Shown: positions 1-6,644 of the stretch, one piece after another
Position numbering within the stretch: the stretch's first letter is position 1
How the letters are laid out: every line of letters starts with the position of its first letter
Source: Methanobacteriota archaeon
GTDB lineage: Archaea > Halobacteriota > Syntropharchaeia > Alkanophagales > Methanospirareceae
Reading direction: 5' to 3'
Assembly: GCA_034660415.1 (NCBI GenBank)
Contig: JAYEJE010000200.1
Span: forward strand, 1 to 32,285
Length of the DNA stretch: 32,285 nt
Position numbers and translations under genes: made by a program
The notes under the pieces: model-generated
Seen by the model: the letters and a program-made list of their open reading frames with translations, nothing else
Told to the model about the DNA's origin: nothing
Database searches by the model: none

Positions 1-58
1 CCTGATTATTAAGTTTTTACGGGTCGAATCAAAATTAAAAAATTAATACACTACTTTA

Positions 59-169
59 AATCTGTGTTAATCAGCGTTAATCTGTGTCTTAAAAATCCTT
101 GAAAAATGATACAGTTCTGGTAAATTATTATTTGTGAGTTCCCTTAATCTGTGTCAATGATTAATTTTA
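59..169. repeat. Degenerate 10-bp-period intergenic repeat (AATCTGTGTT/AATCAGCGTT/AATCTGTGTC), with a related copy near 20217-20277
   Basis: Three 10-mers at 59-88. TTAATCTGTGTC recurs at 144-155. 151-169 matches 20259-20277 at 18/19 positions. Confidence 0.55.
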
Positions 170-231
170 GTTTGTTCTCCATTTTGTTTGCCAGCATATT
201 AATGTATCTAATGTCAGTCTTAATGATATTG

Positions 232-1314
232 TTATCCATAGCGCAATATAGCAGCAACGCCACCAAAAGCTCGCTTTAACTGCGCACCTTCCTCAAACTC
301 AGTCGAAATTAGTTCCACCTCTGACCCTATCACCTCAGCCATCTCCACCAACTCGTGCACAAGCTCCTTATCTAGCTCTTCTGAGACCAAAAGCGTATCC
401 ACCGCACCCTGTTCCAATTTCCGCCGCACTTCTCGTTCCCCGTATGCAACCAGAGTATCCTTATTAACCAATAGTTTCATGAGCTTGGTCATCAGCTTCC
501 TCTCACGCACCAAATCCAACCCCTCTAATACCTCTTCCGCTTTGTCTACGAGTTCATAAAGTCCCGATTCATCCGTATAGGCGACATCAAAAATACCAAG
601 AATCTTATCTTGTAACTCATAATGCAGGAAAGACCCCTTTAAAAATTCCTCCTTCGTCGGGCTGGGACCACCAATCAAAATGCCTTTCAGGTCCATATGA
701 AGCAATGCCTGTGTTGTATGTTCGCCTATTCGCTTATAAAAATCACCGATTGCTATTAGCCGCAGCCGCTGGAATCTCGGTGCCGACTGCCCACCTTTTC
801 TCATCTTTCCTGGAACTGCGGAGGTTATGTGCTTCAGCGACTCTATCACCTTCCCATTCAATAGACCGATAGTTGCCTCTCGTTTGTCAAGCACAATCAA
901 GCCGTATTTCTCGTGCTCGTCCACTAGATCTTCCAGCGGCTCGAGGAAGAAGCTCGAATCACAATGGTAGATATAGGAATGTATCTTCGCTGGCGGCTCC
1001 ACAATGAATGTCTCTATATCTGTCCTGTCCCCTACCTTCGCTACGGCGCCGCAGAAAATAACCAACCCGTTCTCATCCACACGCACGTACCGCAGCTTTG
1101 CTAATATGGAATCCAGAGAGCTTTGAACGTTAGTACGAGTTGTTTTACTCTTTATGTTCATCGCCTGTCCGTACTCCGAACGGAGCTGAGAAGTAACATC
1201 TGAGATCTGTTTATCCTGCGGGATGTAAACAGAAACGAGCTCGGTACCTCGCCCGGTCTTTTCCCTCAGTTCTTCCAACATCTTCCTGAATTCATATTTC
1301 TTTATCTGGTCCAT
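232..1314 (-). CDS. prf1: Archaeal peptide chain release factor aRF1
   Basis: GTELVSVYIP N-terminus, NIKS, YxCxxxF (YHCDSSF), GGQS and the C-terminal FGGVAAILRY motif. Confidence 0.97.
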   Translation of the reverse strand: MDQIKKYEFRKMLEELREKTGRGTELVSVYIPQDKQISDVTSQLRSEYGQAMNIKSKTTRTNVQSSLDSILAKLRYVRVDENGLVIFCGAVAKVGDRTDIETFIVEPPAKIHSYIYHCDSSFFLEPLEDLVDEHEKYGLIVLDKREATIGLLNGKVIESLKHITSAVPGKMRKGGQSAPRFQRLRLIAIGDFYKRIGEHTTQALLHMDLKGILIGGPSPTKEEFLKGSFLHYELQDKILGIFDVAYTDESGLYELVDKAEEVLEGLDLVRERKLMTKLMKLLVNKDTLVAYGEREVRRKLEQGAVDTLLVSEELDKELVHELVEMAEVIGSEVELISTEFEEGAQLKRAFGGVAAILRYG

Positions 1315-1351
1315 ATCATTCGCCCAACACAGTATTTAGTTTAGTTTAGGT

Positions 1352-1368
1352 AACATTTATAAAATAAA
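1352..1368 (-). promoter_or_regulatory. Putative TATA box upstream of aRF1
   Basis: Minus strand reads TTTTATTTTATAAATG about 40-50 nt upstream of the aRF1 ATG. Confidence 0.4.
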
Positions 1369-1417
1369 ATCCTAAAGGTTATATGCCGAAAACCGTCCCC
1401 AAGAGAGGCAGTTTTAT

Positions 1418-1488
1418 TGCGGCAACCGGGGCTCGAACCCGGGTTACAGGCTTGGGAAGCCTATGTCCTACCACTAGACTATTGCCGC
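1418..1488 (-). tRNA. tRNA-Gly (anticodon CCC), no intron, CCA not encoded
   Basis: Minus strand GCGGCAATAGTCTAGTGGTAGGACATAGGCTTCCCAAGCCTGTAACCCGGGTTCGAGCCCCGGTTGCCGCA. Acceptor stem GCGGCAA/TTGCCGC, D-arm GTCT..GGAC, anticodon loop TTCCCAA, T-loop TTCGAGC. Confidence 0.96.
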
Positions 1489-1764
1489 CCGGTATTTCCG
1501 CCCAAACTCTTCAAACTCGGAAGCAAGAGAAGTGGCTGCAGATTCTACTGCTTCTAAAGCATCGCCCTTTTTCATCTTTACATACAATATGGAATTGCCC
1601 AGCAGCGAATGTGTCATGCTATTGGTTGCCAGGTCTACATTTTCATTCTCCAGGAGCTTGGAAGTCAGCGGCGCTAAAAGTGTATTTTCCTCCCCTTCTA
1701 TCTCTAGCCGCAGTTCATTCTCATTCCTCTCCACTACCTTTATCTTTATGTCTCCCTCTTCCAT
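1474..1764 (-). CDS. rpoL: DNA-directed RNA polymerase subunit L (Rpo11)
   Basis: IKVVERNENELRLEIEGEENTLL..L...L pattern. Follows csl4, the conserved archaeal order. The last 15 nt overlap the tRNA. Confidence 0.9.
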   Translation of the reverse strand: MEEGDIKIKVVERNENELRLEIEGEENTLLAPLTSKLLENENVDLATNSMTHSLLGNSILYVKMKKGDALEAVESAATSLASEFEEFGRKYRAAIV

Positions 1765-1805
1765 GCTCAGATCACCCCTTAGTTTAGTTTTGTTTAGTAT
1801 GATAG

Positions 1806-2369
1806 CTATAATAATCCCTTACCATAATCCTCTGATAGCTTCCTTACTTCTACCCTCTTGCACTTATCACACGTCAGCGTATTCCCTTTCCTCTTCAAAT
1901 CGCCTTTGCATTTCCCGCATATCGCTTTTATCACGCCCAAATCATTCCCCTCCGTGCTAAGTCTTAATGCCTTTGCGTCCAGCACTTTCGCCTTCACCAG
2001 ATCCAGATAACCAAACTCACGCTGCAATTCTGACACATACCCGCTCTTTATATTCGATATATGGATAATACCCTGCGTAGATGCGGCAACTTCTCGATCT
2101 CCTTTACCCTCCACCCGCGCTATATTCACGACAGCAACAGCTTCTCTCAAATCTTCTATCCTGCCTATAACCACATCTCCTTCTTCTGGCACTGGTGGCG
2201 TCCCTACCTTTGGCAGGACATCTATAACTCTCTTATCACTTATGCTAATCTCTCCGGTCACGGAGGCATAGATATTCCCTGTTTCATTATACACGCCCAT
2301 CCCAGGCGTAAATTCCTCAGAAGTACCCAGGAAATCCCCAGGAACTACAATCCCTTCTTCTTTCTCCAT
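1806..2369 (-). CDS. csl4: Exosome complex RNA-binding protein Csl4
   Basis: VVPGDFLGTSEEF N-terminus, S1 domain (GIIHISNI), LGVIKAICGKC...CDKC..E.RK zinc ribbon. Confidence 0.95.
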   Translation of the reverse strand: MEKEEGIVVPGDFLGTSEEFTPGMGVYNETGNIYASVTGEISISDKRVIDVLPKVGTPPVPEEGDVVIGRIEDLREAVAVVNIARVEGKGDREVAASTQGIIHISNIKSGYVSELQREFGYLDLVKAKVLDAKALRLSTEGNDLGVIKAICGKCKGDLKRKGNTLTCDKCKRVEVRKLSEDYGKGLL

Positions 2370-2428
2370 TACTTCCTTTCCTTCTTTTCACTCCCCTTAA
2401 CAATTTATTTTATATAATATAATTAATA

Positions 2429-2473
2429 TTTCTTTGGTAAAGTTTTTAAAACTTTTTGAAAGGAAGGTTTTTT
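2429..2473. repeat. 45-bp dispersed intergenic repeat, copy 1 (copy 2 at 15469-15513)
   Basis: TTTCTTTGGTAAAGTTTTTAAAACTTTTTGAAAGGAAGGTTTTTT; 41/45 identical to copy 2. Confidence 0.8.
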
Positions 2474-2474
2474 T

Positions 2475-2963
2475 ATGCGTGTGATAGGAATAGACCCAGG
2501 AACTGCTCGCACTGGATGGGGTGTTGTCGAGTTAAACAACGGGCGATTGAAACCAATTGATTTTGGTTATGTGAAGACAACCCCCGCGCAATCGAATGCG
2601 GAGCGATTAAAAAAGATCTATTATGATCTGCTCGCAGTGATAAAGGACGTGACTCCAGATGTTATGGCGATAGAGATGATTTTCTTCAATACCAACGTGA
2701 AGACGGCGTTAAGTGTTGGTCAGGCACGAGGAGTTTGTCTCTTAGCTGCTGCGATCTCCGACATACCGGCATATGAATATAACACCTCCGAAGTAAAGAG
2801 CATTATAACCGGATATGGCAGGGCAACGAAGAGCGAAGTCGCCACCAGTGTAATGACGAATCTCAAATTAGCGGAAATGCCAAAGCCCGATGATGTCACG
2901 GATGCCCTCGCTATCGCAGCCACCCACATTATTCTAAATTCTGATCTACAGATTCAACATTAA
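2475..2963 (+). CDS. ruvC: Bacterial-type crossover junction endodeoxyribonuclease RuvC
   Basis: MRVIGIDPG...GWGVV, AIE, GQARGV, YEY...VK..ITGYGRA.K, PDDVTDALAIA; the acidic catalytic residues are present. Confidence 0.93.
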   Translation: MRVIGIDPGTARTGWGVVELNNGRLKPIDFGYVKTTPAQSNAERLKKIYYDLLAVIKDVTPDVMAIEMIFFNTNVKTALSVGQARGVCLLAAAISDIPAYEYNTSEVKSIITGYGRATKSEVATSVMTNLKLAEMPKPDDVTDALAIAATHIILNSDLQIQH

Positions 2964-3239
2964 CGTATAAGCGACAAACCAGCAGAAGAGAGTCATAAAA
3001 GCGAGGTAAATCCAGTCTTTTACACCTTCCATGGGTATATGCAAGGACCGATAGACAAACTTCTGCACAAATATCATGATGACTGCAATAATCAAACCAT
3101 CCGTTGATACGGGATCTTTTATCAAAATAGAGGATAAGATGCCAGCAAGAATACCGAATGCGACTGGTATCAACGTCTTTTTTAAGCCTTCCTCATATTC
3201 TGCCCTTTTCTTATCCCGCTCTTTATCCTTGTTCTCCAT
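2946..3239 (-). CDS. Small three-TM membrane protein, archaeal EMC6-like family
   Basis: 97 aa with a charged N-terminus, three hydrophobic helices and a C-terminal KDWIYLAFMTLFCWFVAYTL pattern I associate with archaeal EMC6-like proteins. Confidence 0.65.
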   Translation of the reverse strand: MENKDKERDKKRAEYEEGLKKTLIPVAFGILAGILSSILIKDPVSTDGLIIAVIMIFVQKFVYRSLHIPMEGVKDWIYLAFMTLFCWFVAYTLMLNL

Positions 3240-3251
3240 CTGCTACTAGTC

Positions 3252-4070
3252 TCATTTATTATATCTGCTATTTAAGTATTCGGTATTTGTTTGGCAATCA
3301 ATTAAGATTTCTTTAATCGTTTTTATATGCTCAACTGCAACCCCACCTACATCTAAAGGTGCTTTATTCTCTATATCAGCATTTATCAACGCCTGATCGT
3401 GAGGAATAATCGCCAACAATGGTATGTCCATCTCATTTAATTTGGTTTCTATCATTTTTACCATCTCTGAATCGGTAACCTTGTTCATCACCGCCGCCAC
3501 ATTTTTTATCCCTATATCCATTCCGAGCGTCTTTATTCTACCGACTGTCTCTACCGACCTCATCCCGGGCTCGACCACGGCAAGCAGTAAGTCAACCCCT
3601 TTTGCCGTTCCCCGGCCCAAATGCTCTATCCCCGCTTCCATATCCATTATAACAGTGTTCCCCTTGAACAGGATATGTCGCAGTAAAGAGCGAAGGAACG
3701 CATTTTCCGGGCATGTGCAGCCCGACCCGCCTTTTTCTATCGTTCCCATTACCAGCAATGTCACACCATCGGGTCCTTCTGCCCCGTATCTTCTGATTAC
3801 ATCATCCACTTTGGGATTTAATTTGTAGATCCCCGTCCCGGAATAAGCGTTAGTCCGCTCGAAAATCAAGTCCTTTAGCTCGGACACGGGCTTAGGGTTA
3901 TCCTGTATGCCCAATACAAATTTCAAGTTCATTGATGGATCAGCATCCACTGCTATTACACTGTGCCCATCCCTTGCAAGGAGCCGAGCGAGCGTGCCCG
4001 CAATAGTTGTTTTCCCCACACCGCCCTTTCCAGCAACTGCTATTTTCAGCTTCTCTTTATCGCCCGTCAA
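3252..4070 (-). CDS. cooC: CooC/AcsF-family nickel-insertion ATPase (CO dehydrogenase maturation)
   Basis: Deviant Walker A GKGGVGKT, DADP, GGSGCTCPEN (CxC), DMEAGIEHLGRGT. TTG start. Confidence 0.9.
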   Translation of the reverse strand: MTGDKEKLKIAVAGKGGVGKTTIAGTLARLLARDGHSVIAVDADPSMNLKFVLGIQDNPKPVSELKDLIFERTNAYSGTGIYKLNPKVDDVIRRYGAEGPDGVTLLVMGTIEKGGSGCTCPENAFLRSLLRHILFKGNTVIMDMEAGIEHLGRGTAKGVDLLLAVVEPGMRSVETVGRIKTLGMDIGIKNVAAVMNKVTDSEMVKMIETKLNEMDIPLLAIIPHDQALINADIENKAPLDVGGVAVEHIKTIKEILIDCQTNTEYLNSRYNK

Positions 4071-4080
4071 TTCTAAACGC

Positions 4081-4632
4081 TTAAAACAGGTTTAAACTCC
4101 TTAATTTTGTCAGCAATATCTCTACGGACTTTTCACAATCGTCTAACGTCTTCCCACCTGTTATAACCAGCTTGCCCGAGCTGAAAATCAATATGGCACT
4201 CTTGGGATCGGTTATACGATAAACTAATCCGGGAAAAACTTCGGGCTCATATTCCATGCCTTCAAGCTCTAACCCCATCACAATAGCTCCGAGATTAAGT
4301 TCTTTTCCAAGATCGGCAGAAGCCACGATATTTTGCACTTTGAATTCGGGATGCTCTTCCACCTCTATACCTATGCCTCTGAGGTCAGTAGAAAGCTTAT
4401 CCATCACCACACGCACACCTTCTTTGGTTTTCGCTCCCGTGCATACTACTTTCCCAGAACGAAAGATAAGAAAAGCTGATTTGGGCTCTTTTGTCCTATA
4501 CACAAGACCGGGGAACTTTTTTTTCGTGAACATCGCTTCCTCTAACTGAGATTCAACATATTCCAGGTCCAGGCTCTCAGTAATCCTTGCATTCGCCACT
4601 ACATTCTCTATTTTTATATCTACTTCTGACAT
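4081..4632 (-). CDS. tbp: TATA-box-binding protein
   Basis: Two TBP repeats: IENVVA...FPGLVYR..LIFRSGKVVCTGAK and VQNIVAS...YEPEVFPGLVYR..LIFSSGKLVITGGK. Confidence 0.98.
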   Translation of the reverse strand: MSEVDIKIENVVANARITESLDLEYVESQLEEAMFTKKKFPGLVYRTKEPKSAFLIFRSGKVVCTGAKTKEGVRVVMDKLSTDLRGIGIEVEEHPEFKVQNIVASADLGKELNLGAIVMGLELEGMEYEPEVFPGLVYRITDPKSAILIFSSGKLVITGGKTLDDCEKSVEILLTKLRSLNLF

Positions 4633-4759
4633 GTATCCTTAATCTCCCAATATTATAATATATAAAACTATACTATTGCCGTGCTATAAAAAGAAATGTA
4701 TATTAGGTATATTTTTAAACCTGAGATAGACTATAAGATTAAGAGGGCTTGCATAGATC

Positions 4760-5179
4760 ATGAAGAAGAGAGTAAAAAGGATACGCGGAACAAGAACCTG
4801 CGGCGGTGGCTCACATAAGAAACGAAGAGGGAGCGGGAGTAGGGGTGGTGTCGGTAACGCTGGAGCGCACTCACACCATGTCGTACGATCGTTGAAGATG
4901 GGGATAATAAAAGGGATGCATATCTCGCATCAGCATAACTGCCATGACGAAAAGGCACTTAATATCGGCAATTTAGAAGAGATGCTAGAAGAACTGATAA
5001 GAGAAGGGAAAGCGGAAGAGAAAGCAGATGGTATTTATCTCGATGTCACTGAGCTAGGTATAGAAAAGATTCTGGGCAAGGGAAAAGTAACGAAGAAGCT
5101 GATGCTCACAGCGAATGCCGTTACCGAAACGGCGAAGGGGAAGATAGAAAGTGCTGGTGGCACGGTGAGTATTATTTAG
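4760..5179 (+). CDS. rpl15: 50S ribosomal protein uL15
   Basis: RGTRTCGGGSHKKRRGSGSRGGVGNAG, KILGKG, AKGKIESAGG; lies directly before secY. Confidence 0.93.
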   Translation: MKKRVKRIRGTRTCGGGSHKKRRGSGSRGGVGNAGAHSHHVVRSLKMGIIKGMHISHQHNCHDEKALNIGNLEEMLEELIREGKAEEKADGIYLDVTELGIEKILGKGKVTKKLMLTANAVTETAKGKIESAGGTVSII

Positions 5180-6634
5180 ATGAGTGCGATAAACTTCAGA
5201 GATGCCGTATCGTCGATTTTAGGTAAATTCCCCATGGTTGAACGTCCCGAGTGGCACGTTCATTTTAAAACTAAGTTAGCCTGGACGGTGGGCATACTCG
5301 TTCTCTTTTTTGCCCTTGGTAATATCCCTCTATTTGGGCTATCTCCGGAGTCAATGGATCTTTTCGGGCAATGGCGTGCTATATTCGCAGGAGAGCGATT
5401 CTCGCTAACTGCTCTTGGTATTATGCCGATTGTTGATGCTTCTATTGTCTTACAACTCTTAGTCGGCGCCGGGATAGTAAAGTTGAACTTAAGCGACCCA
5501 AAAGATCAGGCGTTTTATCAGAACATACAGAAACTGCTCGTTTTGGTCTTTGCTGCTTTTATTAGTCTGACGTACGTTGTAGGCTTTTATATGCCGGACC
5601 CGGCAGTAGCAGCGCAGCTTGGCGTATCTCTACGTTTCATTTCTTTCTTACTGTTTATTCAGGTCTTCGTTGGTGGGATGCTGATATACTTCATGGATGA
5701 GGTGGTCTCAAAATGGGGTATAGGATCTGGTGTTTCGCTATTCATCCTCGCAGGTGTCTCGCAGCAGGTAATTACCGGCCTTATAAGTTGGATTCCTGAT
5801 CAAAGCGGATGGGCTGTGGGCGTAATACCAAGATGGATAGAAATAGTGCAGCAAGTACCGGGGTACGAGATACTGGAAGGCGGAATAACTTTCCTCTTCC
5901 AAAATCACATGATAGCGCTTATATCCACTATTGCGGTATTTTTCACCGTTGTTTATCTTGAGAGCACTCGATTAGAGATACCGTTAGCACATGCGGTAGC
6001 AAGAGGTGCACGGGGCAAATTCCCTATTAAGCTGTTGTATGCGAGTGTGCTGCCGATGATTCTTGTAAGAGCGTTACAGGCGACCATACAGGGTTTTGGA
6101 AGAATGCTTTATTCTCAGGGAATTACTATTTTTGGGACGTTTGAAGGGAACAATGCGGTTTCAGGCTTGATGTATTATCTTAGCCCAATATATAGCCCCT
6201 GGGATTGGTACCCTGCACTTGTGCTTCCGGGTATTGAAGGCTGGCAAATTGCCATAAGATTGAGTCTTGACTTTGCTTTTATGATCATAGGAGGCGCGAT
6301 ATTTGCCCTGTTCTGGATAAATACAACAGGAATGGGTGCTAAAGATGTGGCAGCGCAGATACATAACTCAGGGCTACAAATACCCGGGCATCGCAGGACC
6401 GTGGCAACGATAGAACGAATGATGGAGGGCTACATCCCGAAAATAGCGCTAATGGGTGGCGCTATTCTGGGCGTGTTGTGCGTGGTTTCAAGTATGTTCG
6501 GCACACTTGGGCAGGCGTCAGGGACTGGTTTACTTCTGGCGGTGAGCATTGCCTACCGGCTTTATGAAGATGTGGCATCTGAGCAGATGATGGAGATGTA
6601 CCCGACGATGAGGCGATTCTTCGGCGGCGAATGA
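5180..6634 (+). CDS. secY: Preprotein translocase subunit SecY (canonical copy)
   Basis: Archaeal SecY motifs: VERPEWHVHFKTKL.WT, LGI.PIV.ASI.LQLL, MDEVVSKWGIGSGVSLFI, FPIKLLYASVLPMIL, SGLQIPGHRR, GTGLLLAVSI, EQMMEMYP. Confidence 0.97.
   Translation: MSAINFRDAVSSILGKFPMVERPEWHVHFKTKLAWTVGILVLFFALGNIPLFGLSPESMDLFGQWRAIFAGERFSLTALGIMPIVDASIVLQLLVGAGIVKLNLSDPKDQAFYQNIQKLLVLVFAAFISLTYVVGFYMPDPAVAAQLGVSLRFISFLLFIQVFVGGMLIYFMDEVVSKWGIGSGVSLFILAGVSQQVITGLISWIPDQSGWAVGVIPRWIEIVQQVPGYEILEGGITFLFQNHMIALISTIAVFFTVVYLESTRLEIPLAHAVARGARGKFPIKLLYASVLPMILVRALQATIQGFGRMLYSQGITIFGTFEGNNAVSGLMYYLSPIYSPWDWYPALVLPGIEGWQIAIRLSLDFAFMIIGGAIFALFWINTTGMGAKDVAAQIHNSGLQIPGHRRTVATIERMMEGYIPKIALMGGAILGVLCVVSSMFGTLGQASGTGLLLAVSIAYRLYEDVASEQMMEMYPTMRRFFGGE
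6104..6259 (+). repeat. 156-bp near-identical tract shared by the two secY genes (partner at 7593-7748)
   Basis: Manual alignment shows 7 mismatches in 156 bp and one amino-acid change (F/Y). Confidence 0.9.
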
Positions 6635-6644
6635 CGAAGATGAA

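Noticed and set aside
59-169. Possible CRISPR array
   Set aside because: The units are about 10 bp, degenerate and lack regular unique spacers, and there are no cas genes.
1418-1488. tRNA as an integration site for an island
   Set aside because: No duplicated tRNA 3' end or integrase in the window, and the flanks are core genes.
2475-2963. RuvC as part of a TnpB/Cas12-like system
   Set aside because: It is a 162-aa contiguous classical RuvC with no split domain, Zn finger, array or transposon ends.
5174-5185. uL15 TAG directly followed in frame by the secY ATG (possible read-through fusion or amber recoding)
   Set aside because: secY has its own ATG. TAG ends many full-length genes here (rpoL, csl4, gatB, hemL, pfdB, cmk), and no conserved gene has an internal TAG, so there is no sign of global recoding.
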